From the IMG/VR virus record IMGVR_UViG_3300020477_001475, positions 1-64,000 of that record: a stretch of 64,000 nucleotides of DNA, one strand, 5' to 3'. The DNA is from a virus. Below are positions 36,820 to 51,800 of this stretch, one piece after another; position 1 is the first letter of the stretch, and every line of letters begins with the position of its first letter. Position numbers and translations under genes: made by a program. Under the pieces are notes generated by a model. That model saw nothing but the letters and a program-made list of their open reading frames with translations, was not told the origin of the DNA and made no database searches.

Positions 36820-39800
36820 TCAACAATTTTCAAGTGTAAGACAATCATCTTGTTCAGCTGATATATCCACCATCGATGATAATCCTCCAAAATCACCAGT
36901 AACATTTGTACCATCAGCAGAATAAAAACCTTCTTCAGTTAATCTTAATTCTTGACATGATTGAAAATCTAAATAGTGTATCGGGTAATGTGATGCCCAA
37001 TTAGGAACATGACCTCCTGGTGTATTAGAAACCCCATCACCAATAAAAGTAAATGGTGGGTTATCAGCATTCAAATCATGCATAGCAATTAAACCACCAG
37101 AATGACTTTCACCAAAATGATCATACCACATACCTTCATGGCTCGTTGTTAAATCTACGCACCCGTGAGTAAAAGGTACATCTACATATTGCTCCATACC
37201 AGCTACACCTCTCATACCCATGGTATATTTAGCTATATTAAATGCATACGCATCATCTCCACCATGATAATTTGCAAATGCCACATCTGTATCTATAGTT
37301 TTCTTTACAGTTAATGCATCAGTGAGGCTAGGATAAAATATATCATAAGTGCTTGGATTATCAGCACCAAGAAATTGATATATAGGAGTTGTGTTAGAAA
37401 ATTGTTTCATTCTAGTAATATCAGGATAATCAGGAGCCATTGTATTTACTGGTTGATAATTACCGTCACTAAATTGGGAATAATTATAAATTATATTTTC
37501 GCAATCATTATCTTCAAGTTCTTCATACGTATCACAGTTATCAGCAGTTGTTAATGTCCAGGTTCCATTTGGATAGTCCGCACCATCACTTTCACAATGT
37601 TCGTTACTGTCTGTACAATACCAATACCAATCTCCCACAGCTGTTCTATATGTATGGTATGCATCAGGATCATAATAAGTTTCCGTCCAATTACCATTTT
37701 CCGGAACTGGATCTAATTCCCGATTGGCTATAACAGCATCACATGAAGGACCTTCACCATCTATCAAGTTTTGTATTGAATAACCTCCATCAGGTCCATC
37801 TACAAAAAATCCAGGTTGTGTTAATATAGTTGCTATATTACCACATAATGCTGAATAATCAAGAAAACCTGCTCCTGCAATAGCAGATGTTGATATCATA
37901 TTTGGTTCAATTCTAAAATTTTCAACATACTCCACATCACCTTCAGCTATACCACCTATTTTACCCATCGTGACATCATATGTATTTGGATTATAATAAT
38001 TTGGTGTACCAGTTGCCATTGGTGCAGGAGGCCAGTTAGAACACATATTATTATTAAAACCAAAACCTTGATTATGAAGCCCATCACTACAATCAGTCAT
38101 ATCCCACCAACCCCAAAATTTAGAAGGGTAACCTTTCAAAGATCCCACACCAAATGCATTAACTTGATATGGGTAACCGCCTTTATTAGGAGCTATGTGC
38201 AATTCATTCATAAAATGACCTTTATAACCCCATTTATTAGGTAAAAATTTAGGTACCCATATTTTTGGATTTCTCATCATACCATATTTTGGGAATTCAG
38301 TAGCAGGTTGTTTTGTCAGCTTTATACCTATTTCAAATTTTACTTTTGTACCTTTGGGAATTATACCAGTTCCAACTAATTTATGCCAATAAGATCCATC
38401 AGTATAATCTCCACCTGGATTTAGACGACCTGCAGCGCCAGTAGGATCACCACCTGAATCATAATCCACAAAATTCATTAAATCACTCATAGGTCCACCA
38501 CCTACAGACCATTCACTATAACCCCATGCTTGTTCTCTATCACCCATTGAATCACCACTATACAAATGTAAAGTACTTGGATTATCTGATTGTATATGAG
38601 GAGTAGTACCATAATCACTTCCAGGAATATTACGTTCACCTGGTTGATTAAAACTGTGAGAAGCACCTTCGTGATGTATCCAGCCAGTATCTATATCACC
38701 CCAAGAAACTCTATATACCAATGAATGAACTCCCCTATTACCTGCACCAGACCTAATAGATTTAGATTCAGCAGACATCATTATATTATAAATGGGTACA
38801 TCTTTATCGAATACAATAGTTTTTTGAAAAAGTTTATTAAGACTACCATATCCTGAATTTGTGGAGCCCCATGGTATTTGAGTGTCCCACCAATCAGGAT
38901 CCATAGATGAAGGGTTATTATGATGTTGCATACACCCAGTATAACAATCAGGACATTCTTCTCCCCATCTATCGATGTAACCCTTACCACCTGAATATTT
39001 ATCACTTACTTCATGCATACCAGAAGTTGTAGTTCCTAAAGTTGGACAAAGTACAGGCTCACAACAGCTTCCATTATTGCATATTGAATTAGAAACGGTG
39101 AATCCAGGTTGAAGTCCTGTAAGCATTTGTGAAAAATCTTCTAGGAATTCCCAAAACCATCCAGGTTGTTGTCCTTCAGCATTACCCCATCCAACACAAT
39201 AAGAAGAACCTTGTGCAGGATCCATACCAAATGGCCATGGTTTTTGATGTACATCACCATTAGGATAACTTTCATCAGGAATATATCCTGTATCAGCACA
39301 ACCATCATCATAATAACCATTATGCCAAGTACCTATATCACTCACAGTGTTGTCATTTACATCAAAATAACCACAACAATCTGCAGAACAAAATTGAGAT
39401 TCTGAATAAGGATCCACATTACTTGTATGATATAAATTAGTATCAGTCATTCCTAATATATAACCTCTTTCACCATCAGACATTTCAAGTTCACCACTAA
39501 TAGAATTATCTATAAATGTATCTCCAACAACAACTTGACCTGCCAATGAATTATCGTGAGTACTATTAGGACAAAATCCACCACATATAGCTCTACCACC
39601 ACAAGCATTATTATATTGATAACCTTCATCAGTACTTGTTGTTGGGTGAGATTTTAATTCTTCTCGAACCGACCAACCTTGATCGATTATTTGACGACAT
39701 TGAATTTGACCTGGATAAGTATAATTACCATCAGGATCATAAGCAGGATACCATTCACTATAACAATCATGGCTTCTCGTATCTCCACAATAAGGATCAC

Positions 39801-42800
39801 AACAACTGTAAAATTCTTCTTTATTAGCGACTAAATCAATAGAATCTTGATCATTAGTAAGGTATTTACTACAACCATAACTACCATCACCAAAATAATT
39901 TATAAAACAAGCATTTAAATCATTAGGCCATTCATACTCTAAGTCTTTACATAAACTACCTTGAAATCCTTCAGTCGCAAGTGGTGAAATTCCCAAACAT
40001 TCTCCATCCGGACAATCACTATTATCAAGTGAAGGTATACATGCTACTCCATGATTAGATCCACCATGACAATAACCTGCATCTTCACCTACTGCCATAT
40101 CAAACATAGCACATTCAAATATACAACCAACATTCGATTGGTCTGTAAATTCAATTATACTATTTGGATCAGCACAACCATGTTTATTATAAATACAGTC
40201 ACTTGGTTTATGTATAGTTATGTCATCACTTTCTTCATAATTACCGTAAGGAGGTATAGCCCCAGGATCTTTACAACCCAAACAATCTTTATGATCATGA
40301 GAATAAACTTTACAACCACAATGTAAATCCAACATGTCACCAGTATCTTCAGGATAATCAGTTGTTATATTAACTTGATGTATAGGATCATATGGCCATA
40401 TTGGAATATCATGAGTTTTTAAATCCCATACAACACTTTGCCAATAAAAATTATCTTCCCAATCCAAATCACCATTAGAATCTATTGGTTTCCTACCGTG
40501 TATATTTGTATCACCAAACCTAAATCCACCATAATAATTTGAAAATAATAATGGATATAAAACATCATCATTATGATAATTGGCACTACATTCACCAGTT
40601 TTAGAATATAAAGGTTTACACTGACCACTACAATCAATATCAGGTCCACCATATATAAATTCACCTAAATCATAATTTGTAGTAAGTCTTGGGAAATTGC
40701 CTATAAATGTATCACCGTCATCCAAACAAACACCACCATTTTGATCACATGTAAAGACTTCCACAATATCACCTTCAAAATCGGCGGGTTTAGAAGTTCC
40801 TCTCCAATGCGGTGAATTTAAATGTGTTATTTCACCTATATCATTTTTTATATTTGGGCAATTACGAATTGTATAAGGACTATTACATATACCACATTCA
40901 TCCAATTCACCATATTCAGTAAATGGATCTAAATTATCAATTCCAGTATCATCAGGATAAGTATCACAGTTACAATCCATTCTACGAACACCGGAACCAC
41001 CGTCATCAGCTCCAAAACTTTCTAAAGGACCCATACCAACCACACATGTTTTTATTCTCTCTGAACTATCGTCTTGTGGTCCAGGTACACAAACTTCATT
41101 TTTATTTTCCCATAATTTAAATAACCCACCAGGATCATCTGCACCATATGGGCCTATAGGATGATGAGGATTAACATCATTTACACCATCTTCACCCCTC
41201 ATATGTTTATTATCGGGATGTGTAATTATTTTTAAAGCCTTCAAAAATGGTATGTCTAATAATGCATTGTCTAATGGTATATACTGACCATCTTCATTTT
41301 CTTCAATCGTTTCACCATAATCAGACAAGGAATCGTTACAAAATTCATCGTATCTATAAACATACCCATAATTTAAACCTGCACATTGATTTAAATCATC
41401 TAAAACATTAATCCTGGCTGTCAAAGATCCAGCTGGTACACAATTTCCATGACAATCAGTAAAATTATATTCACATTGACACGCTGATAAAGTTGGTTCA
41501 TAACAACCGACTTGATAAGGATTACTACAATCTACTTCACCCATGTCTATAAATTCACCATTTTCTTCATCATAATAACCACATACAGGATGTAGTTCAT
41601 TTCCCGTAGGCCAATCTACTGGTTCACCTTCATAATCTGGAACACACTCCCAATCTTCACCAATACATGAAGAAAGTTGTTCACATTCATCATAATCTTC
41701 ATGATTTCCTAAACCTAAACAATTACATTTTCTAACAGCATCTTCAATTAATTCATCACCAACAAAAGGACCCATCCAACCAGGATGAATTCCACCGTTA
41801 GCCCACCATACATTATTATCATCACAACATTCTGGATTTGTATGATCAAAATTAGAATCCCTAAAACAAGGATACCCTCCAAAATTCTGATTATCTTCAG
41901 TATATGCTCCACCACTAACATCATCAGGATTCTTACAAATAGAGTTCTGATTTATATAACCAGTAATAGGTGAATAACAAGCATTTATACCAGTATGATT
42001 TGAATATGGATCATCAACTTCCCAGTGATAATCCCATCCCAAACATTTTATATCACCCCAATAACCTGTACCAGTAGAAGGAAGATTATTAGAGCTATTT
42101 CCAGTTGTTGGGAAAGTACAATAGTCCATTTCACATTGTATTTCTTCAAATAAATCATACCCAGCTTCAGCAGCAATTTGTTGACATCTATTATCAAGTT
42201 GAATTCTTCCAGAATTATTACCACTATAATTCATTAAAAATTCTATATTGGGTGCATCACATGTTGTATCAAAATCATTAAATGCTTGTTTCGAAGAAAA
42301 ATCAGACCAATTACCATCATTTAAACCTATGCATGCACCACGAAGTGGGTTACATCCTGAACATTGATATTTGCCAGTTTTTTCATCAAAGCATGTAAGA
42401 TTTGTATCATTTTCACAATAACCATAATTATCAGGTTTATTATTTTGAAAATTGGTATGATCAAATTTTAAAAATTCAGCTTGGTATATCCATTCACCAC
42501 CTTCATCAATACAATCAGACTCTGAAATATCATCACTCAAACCACCTTCACCTAAGTCACAATAATTTTCAAGATTTGGACAAGGTCTTCCATCAGAATC
42601 CCATCCGTCACCCTCACCATCACGTTTCCAAGTTAATGGCATAACACCACTTCTGCCGTTATCGGTTGGTAAATTAGGAGATCCAGCTAAAGAATGTTGT
42701 CCTTTATCCGGTATATAATTCCAACAACCACAACCATTATTTCCATAAAGATCTTCATCTGATCTAGTACCACCTTCACCCGAGAAAACATATTGACTAT

Positions 42801-45800
42801 TAACACAAGCTCCACAACTACCACCATGAAAGAATCCACTACCAAATCTAAGACCAGCACAATCGTATCTATATTCACAACAATAATTTTCATTTACTGT
42901 TGTACCATTATTACTACAATTGGTATCATCGTCATCCCACTCTTCATATTCACCACTATTTGGTCCGGTGATATATCCTCTTGAAATTTCAAAATCATAA
43001 CTTTTTAGAACAACATCTTCCCAACCTTCATCCAATCTTTGAAATACCAACTTAAATCCTCTACCATAAATTGGTAATTTAGATGGAACATCCCATTGAA
43101 ATACACCGGATCCCATAGCATCAGGAGATAAACTAGTTATAAACTTATGATTAAAATGATATTCACTATCTTCATCTAAATTAAACATAGGGTCTATAGA
43201 AAGACCTAAATTTGGGTGATAAAGATAAACATCAAAATTTCCAAGCCATAATTCATCTATGGATATTGTCCATTCAACAGATTGTGTGCTACCCGGTTTA
43301 AAAATACTACAATATGATGGAACATCTATTCTACCATCATCAACCCAACCATCTATAACATATGATTCATATTCAGCTATACATTCTACTACTGGTGGAT
43401 GATTTGGTATATCATAAACACCATCTCCATCTTCATCTGATTGGCAATAGAAATTATCCACGACACCAAAATTATAATCACCCCAACAATAATAATTTTC
43501 CGCGTTTGAATCAGTACAAGCTTTTATTGGTTCGTAAACACAACATTTTAAATAATTACAATCACTGGATGTATTCCACAATCTAGCACAAGATGAAGGG
43601 TTTCCTTCACCACCATCACAATCTTCGACATTAAAAACAGGTAAAACTTGAGAGTTAGTACCAAATAAACCTCTTCTAATTGTAACATAAAATTCACCAG
43701 AGTAATTAATATCTTCTGTTGATATACTCAAAACTTCAAAAACATCTAAATCATTACTATTATTATAATTTATAAAATCAGTATCAAGTATATCACCTGG
43801 TGTATGTGTTATATAAGAACCTACACTTAAATTCCATGGTCTTTCAGTCCATTTTTTAACAGTTAAAATCAATTGATCTGCTTCACCATCTACAGTAGAT
43901 TGATTAACAACCATTATATCAGTTTCTACAGGTGGTGAACCTGCAAATAAACAATCGTGTAATAAATTATTTTCACAATCACGAGTAGCATCAGGGTCAA
44001 AATTGAGAGCTCTATCATCTTTACACCCATAATCAAATCCAAATTCACAACAAGAATTATATCCATGTGAAGTTGGGTGAGATGTATTATTACATACATC
44101 ACCAACTACAGTTTCTTGAGCATCATGATAATATTCAGGACAAGGTTTTAATCCATTTCCACCAAAATCAGAATCACAAGATATAGCAATACCATACCAC
44201 CAATGTATATTAAAACATATACCTTGACCAGAATAACCACCTTCATCACAACCATATCCATTCGATAAACATTCTACACCGTCATCTCCCACTTCTTCAT
44301 TACTATTATAACCAAATGCTTCTAAACCTAGTCCAGTTGCATTTGTCATATTCCAATCACCTGTACAAGAAAAATCACAATCTTCACAATTAAAAACAGA
44401 TAAATTATTTCTACAACCAGTACAAGATTTATTCCAGGATTTATCAGATGGTACTTTAGTATTATCATCAAAAGTTGTTTCATATGGTGCCGATGAATGT
44501 AAATTATATATACAATTCCTGGCACCAGTATCACAATTACTTCTTTTAAATGGGTTCAATCCTACACCATTGGGATCGGGATATTCATCTGGTAGTTTAA
44601 TAGAAAATCCATCACACGATTCTTTTATACAATAATTTTCATCACCATCACATTCATCATTACAATTATTATTATCATAAATCGTACCATTAATATCATC
44701 AGAACATACATAAGAAATATCACCTTCACCATTTGTATATTCACATACACCTTGTAAAGCTATACCATTTAATGCAAAACCATCTTGTGCAGGCCAACAA
44801 TAACCTGAACATAATGATTCATCACCACTACAATCTACACCGAAATTATCATAATTTCTACAATACGAATTACCTACTGTTGCTGATGCTGATGATCGAC
44901 ATTCACCACAGTCATCATACAAATTTGAATAACAAAGACAAGATATACCTTGCTCATCAGCATTGTTCACATGAGGGAAATTACATATATTACCAGCAAC
45001 ATCACAACCATCGTCTTCACAGTTACAATTTTGACAAGTACCGCCCGAATCTGTACAATGTCCACTGTATGCTATTTGTCCTTGTCTATGTAATCCAATA
45101 TTATCACATCGGAATTCTTCATATTCATGATAACCAGTTTCCCAACAACCTATCCCATCACCATCTACATCTGGATACCACTTCTTTCTATATTCACAAC
45201 TACTGTTATGATGTGTTGCATCCGAATTATAATTACACACATAATCACTATTTTCATATTCTTGACATAAACCTATACAATCATTATCAATTTCAAATTG
45301 AGTAGTATCTACATTGAATATATCTTCTTCACTATCGTATTTACAATTTATCCACTTCATACCACCAGCTAAATCATCAACTTCACATCTGGTTAAAGGT
45401 CTATCATCCATACAACCATATACTGCAGAGTTTACTGTAAATTGTTCAGATTTTTTTATTAAACAATCATCATCTTGATAACATCCCGCTGGATAATATA
45501 CAGTTATTTCATAATCACCAGGCGAATAATCTGATAACCCATAAGTAACATCATTATTTTCATCACCAAGAGTTATTTTATTGAAGTCATCACCAGATGT
45601 ATTTAAAAGAAATATAGAACCACCTGGCTGTAATTCTACACAATCACCACTACACACACTGTTATCCCATATACCATCAATAAAATTCCAACATAAGGGA
45701 GGATCAGAATCATCATCACTAACGCATCTAAACCCACCAGGCAATCCATCAAATGTATTACAATTATTGAAACCATTATCATAATAGATTCCAACAGTAC

Positions 45801-48800
45801 AATCCACTTTCTTCACAGAATAAGAAAAAGTTTCATTTGTATAATCATCATCTGGATTTGTATTACGAATACAATGATATCCACCATCATAATATGAACT
45901 TATATCTTGATATATACTGTCATTTTCACTTACATCATTTAAATAAAAATAAAAAGGATAACCTTCGTATATAGTTGGTGCTCCATTTTCATTAGCATAA
46001 CTTGGTTCTATTATATCCAAATTAACACAAGAACCAACACAACCTTCTGGGTCAACATCATCAAAATTATCTATAAAACTTGGATATGTTAATACATCAC
46101 ATTCTTCAAAAGTACAATCTACATAATTTTGACATAATTCATCACTATATTGGCCAACTAAATCGGCGTCAACCAAACTCATACAATAATTGTGATATTC
46201 CTGACATACACAAGAATTATCTTTACATATATAGTTATCCGCTTGAGCTTCTACACAAGCTTGGTGATCATTATTATCACCATAATATGGAGGTTCAACC
46301 CACCAACCACATGTATCTCCTTCAATATTATGTGGTGCAGTAGGTATTTGCCAATAATATCCATTTTCATCATAAAAAGTTTGATTAACAATTCTTAATG
46401 GCCAATTATTTGAAAAATCTGAATCATTTGGGCAAAAGAACACACCACCATCACATTGTGCATTATTCCAAACCCATATTTCAATGGCCGTAGAATCAAA
46501 ACCTAAAACATCATATGGAAATGGATCCCATGTACAAGCTCCACCATAACCATAACCATCACCATCCCAATCTAAATAGTAAGCAGTTGGTGCTGGTCCA
46601 CCACAACCACATCCATAATCTAATATTTGACTATCAATATCACCCATATCACCAAAATTTTCATCTTCCCAACACATACCCATACAATTTTCTATAGGTA
46701 CATAATCAGAATTTATAGCTAATTGAACAAGTGATGGCCAATTATCCCAATTATTTATCAATACTGTATCCCATTCATCTGGAGTATTAGAACAATCAGG
46801 ATTAAATTGATCATCCAAACACATGAATCCGAAGGTAATATCTGTCACTCCACATCCAGGAATTAAATCTTCGGCATCCATTTCATCATCAGTTACAACA
46901 TCATACCAATTGATATAATATGGTATCCAAGCATCTACACCATCTAAATAAGGTTCTACATAACAAGGCTCAGATCCACCACCAACGATATATGTTAAAA
47001 ATTGATTTTCATCTACATTGTAATAGCAATCCAATTGATATACCCAACCAGGTATATGATAAAAAATACCATCTATGTCCTTTTCACCACAAAGATAATG
47101 AACCATACCACTCGCCAAACCATCACCATCTGTATCTTCCCACCATGTGTACTGACCACAACTGTCATTACCGGGTAAATCTTGACAAGATGTTAAACAA
47201 GCACAACACATATCTGTGTCTGGATTATTACATTGTACCCAATCATCTACGACACAACAATGTTCAACTTCATATTGACCAGTAGAATCTATAGTATGAT
47301 AACAATACTCTTTCATTTGAGTCCAATTAGGATCATTTATAGGATTATCATTACCATCATAACAAGGAATACCTTTACAATCACTACAACTCGTATTCCA
47401 ATCTTGATTATTAGGTATTTTATAAACACCATCTTCTAAATTTGGATTATCCATACAAGGGTTATTATTTTTATTAAAATAAAATACATTGTTTACATCC
47501 AAGTCATTTTTATACCATACTTGATTGTTATAACTAATCGCTGTATCTGTAAAATCAATATGACTCACATCACCAGAACAATTCAATTGCATACAAACAC
47601 CACAATCATCTGATTTTAAACGGCTGTTATTACCACTACAAGTATTGGTTAAATCCACCGTACATAAATTACTGTCATCATAACCATACTCCAATGGATC
47701 ACATCCATATGTTATACCATTTATAGAACTACATTCTTTGTCTGGTGTAACTGCTAGAGTATTACACACATTATCGGTACAAGGTTCACCTGTAACATTA
47801 TCACATATCGTAGTAGGTTCATTATTACATACCCAAGTATCTTGACAATAACCTTCCAATTTACATTCTTTTCTCCAATCCCTATAAACATCATCATCAG
47901 CAAAACAATCTCCACAATAATCACGACAATCATTATCATTCATGTAATCACAATATATGCATGTATCATCGTCATCATCATAACACCTGTTTTCATCTGT
48001 ACTAATACAATAACCACCCACCACCAATGGATCAGATTCATCTAATACATTAATACAAGCATTTTCTAAACAATTTTCATCTTCACTACCAAAATAACAA
48101 TTAAATCCCCAAGGCTGATAGTTTCCATCACCTATATGTTCACATGTAACACAACCTTCATCGTCCCAATCACCCAAACATATTTCATCTCGAGGCATAC
48201 CAGATGAATAACCATCACCATCTTCATCAGAATAACAAGTTTCTACATACCCATCACCACCACATTGATCACAAGTATCACAATCAGTACCATCATTACA
48301 CACACCATTACAACCTTGTGTCGCACAACCCAAAGACAACCCATTTTCACATCCAATTGGACCTTTACATTCATATTCACCATCACCATCACCAAGATCA
48401 AAACAAGTACCATTTGGACATTCTGGACAATTTTGTACACTACCATCATCAGGTATAATATAACCATCTGGATGTATTTGTATACATGTATGTGATGCAT
48501 CTAAAATATTACCATCTTGATCTCTACAAAAACTCATACATTCATCTTCATGACCTTCTTCCACACAATTACCACAAGAATCATAATAATCAGTATCACA
48601 TTCACAATAAGCATCACCAACAATAGATTCACACATACCAGCATTTTGTGATTCACAATAAACATCACCACTTGATAAAATACCATTCAATTGGTAAACT
48701 TTATCACTAGGATCACATTGTATATTTGTACCATAACATATACCACCTAATATAAAATCATTACCACACATTGAATCTAAACTTCCATCTTCAATCAATT

Positions 48801-51800
48801 CACCAGCAATATCATAACAATACTTAACCCATGGAAAGTCACACGCTGCACCATCACCATCACAATCAGAATAAAAAGTTAATCTTGTATCAACTAAATT
48901 AGCTATACATTCATTATTATTTCCACTAAATCCAATAGGAGGTGGACAATTTTCACCTATTTGGACATCATTAGGACATGATGGTCTAAAACAATTATTA
49001 GGACTACCACATAATGCTGTAGTATTAGTACGTGGATTACATTCTATACCACCAGATTCACCACCACAAGTATATTCATTACAAATTCTATCATAACCAT
49101 CTGTATCATCCCAAACAACTGGATAACAAAATTCACCACATGTTATAGTAGAATAACTTGGATCACTACCATCATATTTAAATTTACACGAACCATCTTC
49201 TTCGGTTGCAAATGGATTATAATTACAAGCTTCTGAATTAGTACAACCCCATACTTGACAATTCCAGTAAATATTACCTTCACTACTTTGACATACTTCT
49301 GGATTAGCAACGAATCTTATATAAGATGGATTAGTATCAGAACCAGATGCACCATAACCATATTCAAAATAATTGGACCCCTCTTCTTTACTTGCGGTAA
49401 ATTGTGCCAATATATATATGTTACCGTCATCAGGATTAAAAATTCTTATAGTATATTCATTTAAACCAACACCATCATATTTAATATTCTCTGGAAAATC
49501 ATATAGAGGTTTACCTTGAGCTCCTCTAGATAAACAATATTCATCACCTTCACAATCAGTAACTTCAGGATACCATGTATTGTCATGTGTACTTAATAAA
49601 TAATGCCAATCCCAATTTTCAGCAGTTTCTTCAAATATATCATCATAATGTGGATCGGTATCATTTAACAAATATTGAAATACTAATGGTGAAATATTTT
49701 CAGTCGACCATAATCCATCCCAAATATATAAACAAGGATCATTCTGATTATTGTCACAATACACAGAACAATCAGGATTACTGTCAGGACATTCACTATT
49801 ATCATCTGAAGGTAAACATGGTTTTTCTTCACCTGTTTGGCAGAAATAACCAGCTTCAGGATATAAACTATACCAGGTTTCATCTTCAGTACCTGTTAGT
49901 TCATTTACAAGATACGGTGGTTCAATATTACCAATATAATTTATATTAAAAGGAAAATGTCTGAATGTAGGCATAATACCTTTTATTTCACAATCTTCAA
50001 CACTTGTACAAGAATGGTTTGGATTGGGTAACCCAGATTGTAATGCAAATCCTTTGAATATACCAACCACATGATTGTCATAAGGAGATATATCACCATT
50101 ATCAAAATAACCTACATCTGGTACAGGTTGTCCTAACCAATCACCACCTTCTAAAGTTTCACCTTCAATTAAATTGACATTCATATAGAATACATCACCA
50201 TTAGGACCGTGAGAATCACTTACATTATAATAAGAAGTATACCAATTAAAAGGGAAATTTTCTATACAACTACCATCATCGTCTTCACATCTAGCAGGAT
50301 ATCCACCATTGTCCGGTAATGCTGCATCAACATTTACTTCACATTCACCAGCACTCAAATAAGATAGTTTATTTCCAGAAGTAATCCATTCATTTGAAGT
50401 ACTTGCATCAAAATGAGAAAGTGATTTCCATTCATAACTTTTCCATTCCGGAGTTAACCATTTTGCATATATCCATTCCCATTCATGACCACTCCACCCA
50501 TTTGCGTGATTACAATAATCATTATAATCTCTTCTACTACTACTGGAATAACCAATACCATGATGATCTTTATGTCCTGGTCCAGCACTTCCTATGGGAT
50601 ATGGTATATTACCCCTTATATCAGTTTCTTCTCCATCAGATGCATCAAAAAATTCTCTACCATTATCTGTATGATGATAACCTCTAGCTTCACCATAATG
50701 TATTGCTGCATTTTTACGATCCCAACATATACCATATTTATTATCACACCTATCACCACCACTATTATCAAGTCTTTCATCCAAAAACCAGTAATATGTT
50801 CTAATTTCACTTTCATCATCTTCCCATTCCCATGGAGGTCCAGTAGGAGTACAATCACCACCATATAAGCAACCATCAGTATCATAATCACCCATTAAAT
50901 TACTAAAGCCAGCTGGCCAATAATTAAGATTACCACCATCTTCATAATAATGTTTATCATATTTTTGCCAATGATAACCCCAGTCACAACCCACAGGACA
51001 GCCATCGTATTCTTCAGGATTACCAGTTTGTCTAATTATAGAACCATCATCAGGATTACTTAAACAATCATTAGATAAACCCTGATAAAAAGTATCTACA
51101 CTCCAAGAAACATATTTATAACATTCTCTTTGTGGAGTTAAAGCCCACAACTCAGTTGGACCACCCATTATAAAAGTTATTCTGTTTTCTTCATTTAAAG
51201 GTGCATTACCATCCCAAGGCCATTGTGCATAATCATCTTCGTGTAAACCACCTAGTGGTAAGGTAGCTCTTGGTAAATAACCACCTTCTGCCGACAATAG
51301 TATTTCGTCGCCTTCAAACCATTCACCATCATCTGTTTCATCACAATCATCTTCATTATCAATATCAGGATAACCATCACAATATGATTCACCTCTATAC
51401 CACCAATTTTCGTCATCCATTAAATCAAATACACAAAATCCTGTAGATTCACATTCATCTTGATCAGCTGCAACTAGTGTTTCACCTGTTAAGGGATTAA
51501 CACAAATTCCCATATCTTCACAAGTACTGTCATCTTCATACAAATCTGTAAACCATTCCAACACATTATCATCATCATCGTATAATACACAATAACCATA
51601 ATCTGTATCACCACAATATGTTTCCACATCAAAAGTTTCGGTGCACCCTTCACCTGTATTTGGATCACTCCCATCACCACAAGATTCTACTATATAACAA
51701 TTATTAAAACCTTCACATTCAGCTTGGTCCATAGTATCAGTTAAAATAACTATTGGGTCACAACATTGAGAACTATTATCACATTCATGAATAGTACCAA